Assembly (NCBI GenBank): GCA_033763455.1
Contig: JANRKO010000033.1
Coordinates: 96,001 to 160,000, forward strand
Origin: Polyangiaceae bacterium
GTDB taxonomy: Bacteria > Myxococcota_A > Polyangia > Polyangiales > Polyangiaceae
DNA length: 64,000 nt
Direction: 5' to 3'
Of the stretch, positions 18,488-26,873 are shown one piece after another. Position 1 is the first letter of the stretch. Each line of letters begins with the position of its first letter. The position numbers and the translations under genes were made by a program. The notes beneath the pieces were generated by a model that saw nothing but the letters and a program-made list of their open reading frames with translations, did no database searches and was not told where the DNA came from.

Positions 18488-19405
18488 GTGGCAAATCTTA
18501 AGGACATTCGCCGTCGCATCGCCAGCGTCAAATCGACGCAGAAGATCACACGCGCCATGAAAATGGTGGCTGGTGCTCGCTTGAATCGGGCACAGCAGCG
18601 CATCAGTGCGATACGTCCTTACGCGGTTGCAACGGGAAAAGTTCTTGCTGAAGTCACCAACCGTAGCGCCAGCGATGACGACACTTCGGCGACGGATGTC
18701 GATCATCCGCTCTTGGCTCGCCGTCCCGAAAAGAGCCTGCTCTTTGTCGTCATCACGAGCGATCGCGGTCTGTGCGGCGCCTTCAACTCGAGCATTCTGC
18801 GCCACGCCGAGCGCCTCTGGCACGAGAACGAAGCCCGCGGCGTTAAAGTGCAATTCGCGGTCATTGGACGCAAAGGGCGCGAGTACCTCTCTCGCAGAGG
18901 AGCGCCCATCCTCCAGGTGTTTGAGAAGGTGTGGGATGATCTTTCGCTTGAACAGGCGCGAAATGTTGGACGCGTAGTTCTCCGCCCGCTAGTGAGCGGC
19001 GAGGTGGACGCGGTGTACCTGGTGTACAACGAATTCAAGAGCGCAATGACTCAACGGGTGACCGCTGAAGCGCTGTTCCCTCTGGCTCAAGATACGAGCG
19101 CCTCGCCAAGCGCTCCCGACGGCCATGGTGAAGCACCTCCGGAGCTGGATTTCCTGTTCGAGCCCAACAAGGAAGCTTTGCTTGAGCGTTTGGTCCCCAT
19201 GTACGTGGAGATCACCCTACTGCGAGCCCTTCTGGAATCGATGGCTTCCGAACTGGGAGCCCGCATGACGGCGATGGATTCAGCGACCAAAAACGCCGCT
19301 GACATGATCGCCAAGCTTACGCTCAAATACAACCGAGCTCGCCAGGCCGCCATCACCACAGAGCTCATGGAAATCATCGGCGGCGCCGAAGCTCTGAATT
19401 CTTAG
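18488..19405 (+). CDS. atpG: F0F1 ATP synthase subunit gamma
   Basis: KITRAMKMVA, SDRGLCGAFN, YNRARQAAITTELMEIIGGAEAL. Confidence 0.98.
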   Translation: MANLKDIRRRIASVKSTQKITRAMKMVAGARLNRAQQRISAIRPYAVATGKVLAEVTNRSASDDDTSATDVDHPLLARRPEKSLLFVVITSDRGLCGAFNSSILRHAERLWHENEARGVKVQFAVIGRKGREYLSRRGAPILQVFEKVWDDLSLEQARNVGRVVLRPLVSGEVDAVYLVYNEFKSAMTQRVTAEALFPLAQDTSASPSAPDGHGEAPPELDFLFEPNKEALLERLVPMYVEITLLRALLESMASELGARMTAMDSATKNAADMIAKLTLKYNRARQAAITTELMEIIGGAEALNS

Positions 19406-19546
19406 GTGTTATAGCGCCTCTCTGGTGGGGCAAAGTGCCTCGCTGAGGCGATAAGGAAGCGCGAGCACCTGCGACACAGGTCTGCGCGCAGCACTTTATG
19501 AAAGCGGCACAAGGCCGTCATCTAGCGTCGCTACGGTTCGCGACTT

Positions 19547-20602
19547 ATGGGTCGAGCGATGTATCGACGCTCACACGCGACTCTTGCTGTGCTGGTCGCC
19601 TTGGGACTGCTCGCGTGGACGTTCCGGCATGCCCAACTCGATCAAATAGCTGCGCTTTTGGCGCGGCTCCATCCAGCTGCCCTTCCACTCGTTCTAGTTC
19701 CGTACGCTCTTGCAGTAAGCAGTGAGGCATCTGGCTGGCGAAGCGCCATCCTCCGTCTGGGACATAGAGTGCCATTTTGGAGGCTTTTGGGAGTCCGTCT
19801 GAAGACGGAGGCTCTTTCACTCACTCTGCCGCTGGGACAGCTCGTGTGCGATTCTGCCACACCCGCCTTACTCCAACGCGAAGGGCTCCCGCTTGCGGCC
19901 GGAGTTGCTGCAGTGGGGGTCCGCAAGTACCTCCTCGCGCTATCGCAGGCGTTGTTTTTATTGTTCGCATTTTTTCTCGGTCATTCAGCACTAACAAGAG
20001 CATCGCAGAAGCTTGTAGGTTCGGCTGTTTTGCAGTGGTTGCCACTCCTGGCCGCCTTAATGCTGGGAGCTGTGGCCATTGTGTTGGGTTCGGCGCTGAG
20101 CCGAGGTGCGCTCGCTACTTTCACCCTGAGGGTGTTGTTGCGAGTTCCGAGTGAAGCTTTTCGACGCGTTCTATTCCCCGCTTCGCCGCATTTCTCTGAA
20201 ACCGACAGTACTCTGCAGCTATTCTTCCGTCGCCGAGTCAGCCCAACCCAGGTGGCACGCATTATGCTTGTGGGGGTTATGGAGTCCGTTGAGACCTGGG
20301 TGATCTTGAGCCTTCTCAATGCTGACTTGAGCTTATCGGACGTGATCGGCTTCGAGGTTCTCCTCAGCTTCATGCGCAGCCTCGTTATCCTAGTTCCGGC
20401 GGGGCTTGGCATTCAGGACCTGGGTTATCTCGCCTTCTTCAGGGCACTCGGCGTAGCCGATCCCGTCTCCACAGCCGCTGCCTTTAGCCTACTGAAGCGA
20501 GGCAAGGAGCTTTTCTGGGCCGGCATTGGTTACGGGCTTTTTGCACTGCGACGCCCTTTCCCGTTAACGCCCTCCAACTTTAGGACCAACTCGACCTTAT
20601 GA
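19547..20602 (+). CDS. Lysylphosphatidylglycerol synthase TM-domain (flippase-like) membrane protein
   Basis: Multiple TM helices; family-like motif VPAGLGIQDLGY..LGV..AAAFSLLKRGKELFW; ATGA overlap with the next gene. Confidence 0.75.
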   Translation: MGRAMYRRSHATLAVLVALGLLAWTFRHAQLDQIAALLARLHPAALPLVLVPYALAVSSEASGWRSAILRLGHRVPFWRLLGVRLKTEALSLTLPLGQLVCDSATPALLQREGLPLAAGVAAVGVRKYLLALSQALFLLFAFFLGHSALTRASQKLVGSAVLQWLPLLAALMLGAVAIVLGSALSRGALATFTLRVLLRVPSEAFRRVLFPASPHFSETDSTLQLFFRRRVSPTQVARIMLVGVMESVETWVILSLLNADLSLSDVIGFEVLLSFMRSLVILVPAGLGIQDLGYLAFFRALGVADPVSTAAAFSLLKRGKELFWAGIGYGLFALRRPFPLTPSNFRTNSTL

Positions 20603-21588
20603 CCCTCCGCGTTCTTTACATCTGCGGCTCCCCCAACCAGACCACGCAAATGCACCAAATATCGAGCTTTTTGCCCGAAGCGGAAGCCAATTTTACACCC
20701 TATTATGGCGGCCCAATCCTAGATTTCGCCAAGAAGGCGCGGTTGTGCGAGTTTTCCATCGCGGGCACCAAGCTGACGCGGCGATGCCTCGACTACCTTG
20801 AGGCCCACTCGCTTAAGCTGGACATTGGAGGTCGCAGGGGGCCGTATGATCTGGTCCTCACTTGTTCAGACGTTGTGGTGCCAGACAACATTCTCGGGGT
20901 ACCCATCGTGCTAGTGCAGGAAGGGATCCTGGATCCGAATAACGTGCTGGGAGAATTAGTGCGAAAATTCCCAGTGCTTCCACGCTGGATCGCGGGAACC
21001 TCCACCACCGGCATGAGCCGCGCATATTCGCGCTTCTGCGTCGCGAGTGCAGGCTATAAGCGCTACTTCGCAAGGCGCGGTGCCCCGGAAGAGCGTCTGG
21101 TTGTTACCGGCATCCCCAACTTCGACAACTGCGCGCGTTACCTCACCAATGACTTTCCACATCGTGGCTATGCATTGGTGTGCACGTCGGATGCACGGGA
21201 GACGCTGAAGCTCGACAAACGACGTGAATTTGTGGAGTGGGCAGTTGAAAAGGCGGGAGGGCGGCCACTGATCTTCAAACTCCACCCGAACGAAAATCTT
21301 CGGCGTGCAACCCGGGAGCTCAAACGCTGGGTGCCCGATGCGCTCGTTTTCGAAAGCGGCGACACCAACGCCATGATTGCCAACGCGGAGGTCCTGATTA
21401 CCCAGTATTCTACCGTCGTGTTCGTGGGCCTGGCGCTCGGGAAGGAGTGTTATTCGTACCACCCTATGGAGGAATTAGTGGAGCTCGTGCCGGAGCAAAA
21501 CGGTGAGGCCGCCAAACGGATTGCCGACGTTTGCCGAGACCTTATGGCGGCAAGAGGCGCTGACTTGCGCGACGGAGTTGCCGCGTGA
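20599..21588 (+). CDS. GT-B-fold-like protein, candidate CMP-ulosonate transferase
   Basis: VLVQEG, VVTGIPNFD, IFKLHPNE, LITQYSTV resemble the HP and S-S/T motifs of CMP-sugar and CDP-glycerol transferases; overlaps a cytidylyltransferase gene. Confidence 0.5.
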   Translation: MTLRVLYICGSPNQTTQMHQISSFLPEAEANFTPYYGGPILDFAKKARLCEFSIAGTKLTRRCLDYLEAHSLKLDIGGRRGPYDLVLTCSDVVVPDNILGVPIVLVQEGILDPNNVLGELVRKFPVLPRWIAGTSTTGMSRAYSRFCVASAGYKRYFARRGAPEERLVVTGIPNFDNCARYLTNDFPHRGYALVCTSDARETLKLDKRREFVEWAVEKAGGRPLIFKLHPNENLRRATRELKRWVPDALVFESGDTNAMIANAEVLITQYSTVVFVGLALGKECYSYHPMEELVELVPEQNGEAAKRIADVCRDLMAARGADLRDGVAA

Positions 21589-22412
21589 GGACCCTCGTGA
21601 TCGTACAGGCCCGGCTCGGGTCCTCTCGCCTGCCAGGGAAAGTGCTGTTACCACTCCTCGGGGAGCCAGTCTTGATTCGAATGTTGGACCGGATTCGAGC
21701 GGCTAAAAGCGCATTCGACGTACTGGTTGCTACCACTTTGGAACCCGAAGACGCGGCCATCGTGAGCCTGTGCCAAGAACGCAAAATTGCCGTATTTCGC
21801 GGCAATACCGCAGATCTTTTGGATCGTCACTATCGCGCAGCTTTGCAATTCCAGGCCGAGCTCGTCGTTAAGATCCCGTCCGACTGTCCACTGGTAGATC
21901 CGGCAGCACTTGATTGCGTGCTTGGGTACTTTCTAGAGCACAAGCGCGAGTTCGACTTCGTCAGCAACCTCCAACCCCAGAGCTGGCCCGACGGCAACGA
22001 CGTTGAGATCATGACGTTCGAAGCCCTTAGGACCGCATGGCTCGAAGCCGGGAGGCCGTTTGAGCGCGAACACACGACTCCCTTCATTTGGGATAATCCG
22101 GAGCGCTTTCGTATCGGAAATGTGCTCTACCCGGGCGGGCGAGACTACTCGGCAAGCCACCGTTTCGTATTAGATTACGAAGCCGACTACCAGTTCATCC
22201 AAGCTATTTTTGAGCGTCTTCTCCCGGAGTTTGGCCCCGCGTTTTCATTGTTACAGATCTTAGATTTGCTGAAGCGAGAGCCCGACCTTCTGGCGCTCAA
22301 CCAAGCCCATCTCGGCGTGTGTTGGCAACAAAAGCACCGGCAAGAACTCAAAACTCTCCACGCCGTTCAATCGAGTCCATCGAGCACAGGAACACGCCAT
22401 GCCGCCGGCTAA
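21585..22412 (+). CDS. SpsF-like cytidylyltransferase (CTP_transf_3 family)
   Basis: IVQARLGSSRLPGKVL, RG..DLLDRHY, SDCPLVDP, REHTTPFI, LDYEADY. Confidence 0.85.
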   Translation: MRTLVIVQARLGSSRLPGKVLLPLLGEPVLIRMLDRIRAAKSAFDVLVATTLEPEDAAIVSLCQERKIAVFRGNTADLLDRHYRAALQFQAELVVKIPSDCPLVDPAALDCVLGYFLEHKREFDFVSNLQPQSWPDGNDVEIMTFEALRTAWLEAGRPFEREHTTPFIWDNPERFRIGNVLYPGGRDYSASHRFVLDYEADYQFIQAIFERLLPEFGPAFSLLQILDLLKREPDLLALNQAHLGVCWQQKHRQELKTLHAVQSSPSSTGTRHAAG

Positions 22413-23700
22413 CGAACTCGCTTTACCTCAAATCTCCGAGTCCAACGCCTGGTATGCGCGAGCTCGCGCAGTAATCCCCGGGGCGACACAAACGCTGGCC
22501 AAAGGAGCCTCTCAGTATGTGGATGGCGTGGCGCCCAAGTTCCTACAACGAGGAAAAGGCTGTCGGGTGTGGGATGTTGATGGCAACGAATTCATCGATC
22601 TCACGATGGCCGTGGGGCCCCTTTCCCTTGGCTACTGTTACGACAAAGTGGACGAAGCAATCCGTCGTCAGCTCGAAGATGGTATCACCTTCTCCCTCGT
22701 CCATCCCTTGGAGGTGGAGGTGGCTGAGCTTCTTAAAGGTCACATTCCAGGCGCCGAAATGGTGCGGTTCAGCAAAACGGGCTGCGACGTGACGAGTGCG
22801 GCGGTAAGGCTTGCGCGGGCCTTCACCGGCAGAAAAGTGGTCGCGTGTTCGGGCTACCACGGTTGGCATGACTGGTACATCGGCACCACCCCGCGAAACC
22901 TCGGAGTGCCGAGCGAGGTGCAAGCTCTCACACGCAAGTTTGCTTACAACGATCTCTCTTCCGTCAGGGCTATTCTGGACCAAGATGTTGCGGCCATCAT
23001 TCTTGAGCCAGTGCTGTTTGAGGAACCGCGGGACGGATTTCTGCAGGAGCTTCGCCAACTCTGCACGCAGAACGGAACACTGCTCGTCTTCGACGAAATG
23101 TGGACAGGCTTCCGCTTAGGCCTTGGAGGGGCTCAGGCATACTTCGATGTCGGAGCGGACCTAGCTTGTTTCTCCAAGGCAGTCGCCAATGGCATGCCCT
23201 TGAGCGTTCTCAGCGGTCGCCGAGAGATAATGAGTTTGCTAGAAAATGATGTTTTCTTCTACACCACGTTTGGCGGCGAAGCACTTTCGCTGGCGGCAGC
23301 AAAAGCAACTCTGCAGGAGCTCAGGGACCAACGTGTACCTCTGCACCTCGCTGAGATGGGCGCTAAGCTGCAGCAAGGTTACAATCAACTTGCAGAGAAG
23401 CACGAGCTACCATTCACACGCTGCGTAGGATTGCCCTGTCGAACACTTGTTACGTTCGATGAAAAAGTCGTCGACCCGCTGCTTGCCAAATCTCTGCTCC
23501 AGCAAGAACTTATCCGCCATGGGGTGTTGTGGACCGGGTTTCACAACATGAGCTTTTCTCACCAGCACTCCGATGTAGAACGCATTCTCGCCGGCTACGA
23601 CTCCGCCCTTCCGGTGCTCGCCCGCGCCGTCCAAAAGAACACGCTGCGGAGTGAAATCCAAGGCACGCCGGTGCAGCCGGTATTTCGGAAAACCCAATAA
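22399..23700 (+). CDS. Class III PLP aminotransferase (glutamate-1-semialdehyde aminomutase-like, sugar-cluster type)
   Basis: RVWDVDGNEFID, GYHGWHDW, LVFDEMWTGFR, FSKAVANGMP (PLP lysine), TTFGGE. Confidence 0.85.
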   Translation: MPPANELALPQISESNAWYARARAVIPGATQTLAKGASQYVDGVAPKFLQRGKGCRVWDVDGNEFIDLTMAVGPLSLGYCYDKVDEAIRRQLEDGITFSLVHPLEVEVAELLKGHIPGAEMVRFSKTGCDVTSAAVRLARAFTGRKVVACSGYHGWHDWYIGTTPRNLGVPSEVQALTRKFAYNDLSSVRAILDQDVAAIILEPVLFEEPRDGFLQELRQLCTQNGTLLVFDEMWTGFRLGLGGAQAYFDVGADLACFSKAVANGMPLSVLSGRREIMSLLENDVFFYTTFGGEALSLAAAKATLQELRDQRVPLHLAEMGAKLQQGYNQLAEKHELPFTRCVGLPCRTLVTFDEKVVDPLLAKSLLQQELIRHGVLWTGFHNMSFSHQHSDVERILAGYDSALPVLARAVQKNTLRSEIQGTPVQPVFRKTQ

Positions 23701-23770
23701 CACTGTCGCAAGAGGTTTCGCCGCTCTGTCACCCAAGTCCGAGCAGGTCGTAACGAGTCTGTCATCAGCC

Positions 23771-24580
23771 ATGTTTGATCTCACACACAAGATCGCCGTA
23801 GTCACCGGAGCCCTCGGGCTACTTGGGCGCGAGCACTGTTTGGCCCTCTTGAGCAACGGGGCCACGGTAGTTGTTGCCGATTTGGACGGCGCCGCGGCCC
23901 GCAGCCTTGCTGGAGAACTGGCAGAAGACTCTGAAGGCCGCGTCCTTGGCCTTGGCGTGGACGTGGGGGCAAAAGCATCTGTTGATGAAATGACGCGTGA
24001 AATCCTCGGGCGTTTCCAACGAGTTGACGTGCTGGTGAACAACGCAGCCGTTGACGACAAGGTGGAATCCCCGGCGCTGGCACTAGAGCAAAGCCGCTTC
24101 GAGAATTATCCGCTTGAGTCCTGGGAACGTCTCATCCGCGTGAACCTGACGGGAGCCTTCCTATGCGCTCAAAGTCTTGCTCCCGCGATGGCTCGCCGCG
24201 GTAGCGGGAGCATCATCAACGTGGCTTCCACTTATGGAATCGTGGCTCCCAATCAAGATCTTTACGTCGATCAACAAGGCCGACAGCAGTTCTTCAAGTC
24301 ACCGGCCTACCCGGTGTCAAAAGCCGGCCTTTTGCACCTCACGCGCTACCTCGCAGCCTACTATGGGCAATCTGGAGTGCGGGCGAACTCGCTTTCCCCG
24401 GGGGGCGTAGCGAACGGACAAAGCTCGGACTTTCAATCCGAATATGCCAGCCGAGTGCCCCTTAGGCGCATGGCGAACAAGTCAGACTACCGAGGCGCGT
24501 TGGTATTCCTCGCCAGCGATGAATCCGCCTATATGACCGGCGCAAACTTGGTAGTGGACGGTGGTTGGACAGCATGGTGA
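23771..24580 (+). CDS. SDR-family oxidoreductase (sugar-cluster type)
   Basis: VTGALGLLG, NNAA, ASTYG, YPVSK, MTGANLVVDGG; ATG 23771 chosen as start. Confidence 0.85.
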   Translation: MFDLTHKIAVVTGALGLLGREHCLALLSNGATVVVADLDGAAARSLAGELAEDSEGRVLGLGVDVGAKASVDEMTREILGRFQRVDVLVNNAAVDDKVESPALALEQSRFENYPLESWERLIRVNLTGAFLCAQSLAPAMARRGSGSIINVASTYGIVAPNQDLYVDQQGRQQFFKSPAYPVSKAGLLHLTRYLAAYYGQSGVRANSLSPGGVANGQSSDFQSEYASRVPLRRMANKSDYRGALVFLASDESAYMTGANLVVDGGWTAW

Positions 24581-25098
24581 GAACGCTCCCACAAGTTCAA
24601 TTGAGCGAACGCGCTCGCAGAATTCGCCTACTAGTGAGTGACGTAGATGGCGTACTCACGCCAGCACAAGTTTACTACAGCGAACGCGGCGAAGAGCTCA
24701 AGCGATTCAGCCTCCGCGACGGAATGGGTACTGAGCTCCTACGCGTGGCGGGCATAGAAACGGCCTATTTTACGCGTGAAAACTGCCCAATTGCGCTCCG
24801 GCGGGCGCAGAAGCTGAAGCTTGCCCACCTGTGGCTCGGTGTGCACGACAAGGCTCGCGCGTTGCCGGAGCTTCTGCTTTCAGCGCGCTACCGACTCGGC
24901 GAAGTGGCCTACATGGGCGACGACGTGAATGATCTTGAAGCCATGGAGCTCGTGGGTGAAGTGGGGCTCACGGGAGCTCCGAGCGACGCCGTGGCTAGCG
25001 TGTTGGCCGCAGCTCACAAGGTAACAGCAAAAAGTGGCGGCCAAGGCTGTTTCCGAGAGTTCGCGGACTGGATTTTAGCCACTCGCCAGGAGGCATAG
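24574..25098 (+). CDS. KdsC/YrbI-family HAD phosphatase (ulosonate-phosphate phosphatase)
   Basis: DVDGVLT, FSLRDG, YMGDDVNDL, GGQGCFRE. Confidence 0.85.
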   Translation: MVRTLPQVQLSERARRIRLLVSDVDGVLTPAQVYYSERGEELKRFSLRDGMGTELLRVAGIETAYFTRENCPIALRRAQKLKLAHLWLGVHDKARALPELLLSARYRLGEVAYMGDDVNDLEAMELVGEVGLTGAPSDAVASVLAAAHKVTAKSGGQGCFREFADWILATRQEA

Positions 25099-25102
25099 AC
25101 TT

Positions 25103-26065
25103 ATGACAACGCACCCAATGTTCGATGAAATGACACGACATTCCACGCTGATGACGCGTTTACCGGAAACCGGAGACACGCAAGCTCGAGTAAAAATCGG
25201 CAACCGCGATGTCGGTGAGGGGGAGCCCGTCTATTTGATTGCGGAGATCGGCATTAATCACAACGGCGACCTCGATATCGCCAAACGCCTCATTTCTGGC
25301 GCCAAGCGCGCCGGTTGCGACGCCGTCAAGTTCCAGAAGCGAACCCCGGAAATCTGCGTACCCAAAAGCCAGTGGGATCTGATGCGAGATACGCCCTGGG
25401 GGCGCCTAACGTACATCGATTACAAGCGACGCATCGAGTTCGGCGAAGCGGAATACCGGGAGATCGACCGATTTTGCCGACGAGAAGGCATCGATTGGTT
25501 TGCCTCCTGTTGGGACCCGGAGTCTGTAGAGTTTATCGAGAAATTTGAGCCCCCATGTTACAAGATCGCATCGGCCTCAATAACGGACATTGAACTTCTG
25601 CAGAAGCTCAAGTCCATAGGTCGCCCCGCGATACTTTCCACTGGTATGTCCACCTCGGCCGAAGTGCACACTGCAGTTCAAACTCTGGGCATGGAGGGCC
25701 TCTTGATCGCGCACGCAACCTCCACGTACCCGTGCCCGCTAGAAGAGCTCAATCTACGAATGATTCAGACTCTGAAGCTCCGCTACCCGAACTGTCCGGT
25801 GGGGTACTCGGGGCATGAAACAGGGCTTGCTCCTACGTGGGCTGCGGTGGCTATGGGGGCCACGTTTGTCGAACGTCACATCACGCTCGACCGTGCCATG
25901 TGGGGAACAGACCACGCGGCGTCCGTAGAGCTGAGCGGCCTTCAAAGGTTGGTTGCTCAGGTGCGAGACATCGAAAAAGCTTTCGGCGATGGCATCAAGT
26001 GCGTTTACCCGAGTGAGGTTCCCTACCGCGAGAAATTGCGACGAGTAGCCTCCACGGAAGCCTGA
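25103..26065 (+). CDS. NeuB-family PEP-dependent ulosonate synthase lacking the C-terminal antifreeze-like domain
   Basis: IAEIGINHNGD, AVKFQKR, KIASA, ILSTGMS, GYSGHE, VERHITLDR; protein ends shortly after GDGIK. Confidence 0.9.
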   Translation: MTTHPMFDEMTRHSTLMTRLPETGDTQARVKIGNRDVGEGEPVYLIAEIGINHNGDLDIAKRLISGAKRAGCDAVKFQKRTPEICVPKSQWDLMRDTPWGRLTYIDYKRRIEFGEAEYREIDRFCRREGIDWFASCWDPESVEFIEKFEPPCYKIASASITDIELLQKLKSIGRPAILSTGMSTSAEVHTAVQTLGMEGLLIAHATSTYPCPLEELNLRMIQTLKLRYPNCPVGYSGHETGLAPTWAAVAMGATFVERHITLDRAMWGTDHAASVELSGLQRLVAQVRDIEKAFGDGIKCVYPSEVPYREKLRRVASTEA

Positions 26066-26078
26066 AAAGAGAAAGTGG

Positions 26079-26873
26079 GTGAGCTCTACGGCCTTCATCA
26101 CATTCGGCTCGATCACGCTAGGCGCAGCGCTTCTCGTCGGGTTGGAGCGTTTTCGCCCGTACGAGCCGAGGCAACGTTTCTTAAGGCCGGGCCTCGGAAC
26201 GGACCTCTTCTTGTATGCGATCGCGCAAAGCTATGTCTTGAGTTTGGTCATTGCCGGCATCATCGCTGGGATCAGCGCGAACGTGAGCTGGTTCGACGGA
26301 GGTTTGGTGAACTCGTGGCCTCTCTGGGTGCAGCTCGCTTTCTTCTTCGTGGTGCACGATTTCTATATTTACTGGTTTCACCGGCTGCAACACAAATCGG
26401 ACACTCTCTGGCGCCTTCACGAAGCGCACCATTCTGTGAAAGATGTGGATTGGCTCTCCGGGGCACGCTCCCACGCACTCGAGATCTTGATCAATCAAAC
26501 GATAGAATTTGCCCCGATGCTTCTTTTGGGGGCAGCGCCAGAAGTCATTGTAGCGAAAGGCGTCCTGGACGCCCTTTGGGGGATGTACATTCATTCAAAC
26601 ATCGACGTACGATCCGGCGTGCTGCAGTACGTTATTAACGGCCCGGAAATGCACCGCTGGCATCACGCTCGGGAAATTAAAGCGCCGGGCATGAACTTCG
26701 GCACCAAGTTGGCGATCTGGGATTGGCTCTTCGGAACGGCTTTCTTGCCGCCGGAAAAGCCCCAAGCTTATGGCCTGCCCGACATTGACTACCCAAAAGA
26801 AGGCTGGGCCGCCTACTTCTTGCACCATGTGCACTCGTTCCGGCGTTCGACGCCTCCCCAGCTACCGCCCTAA
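26079..26873 (+). CDS. Sterol desaturase/fatty acid hydroxylase family membrane enzyme
   Basis: His boxes HRLQH, HEAHH, HSN, HRWHH; NFG..LAIWDWLFGT. Confidence 0.85.
   Translation: MSSTAFITFGSITLGAALLVGLERFRPYEPRQRFLRPGLGTDLFLYAIAQSYVLSLVIAGIIAGISANVSWFDGGLVNSWPLWVQLAFFFVVHDFYIYWFHRLQHKSDTLWRLHEAHHSVKDVDWLSGARSHALEILINQTIEFAPMLLLGAAPEVIVAKGVLDALWGMYIHSNIDVRSGVLQYVINGPEMHRWHHAREIKAPGMNFGTKLAIWDWLFGTAFLPPEKPQAYGLPDIDYPKEGWAAYFLHHVHSFRRSTPPQLPP

Noticed and set aside
22399..23700. Calling this gene hemL
   Set aside because: It is embedded in a sugar-nucleotide operon with no tetrapyrrole genes nearby; more likely a paralogous class III aminotransferase
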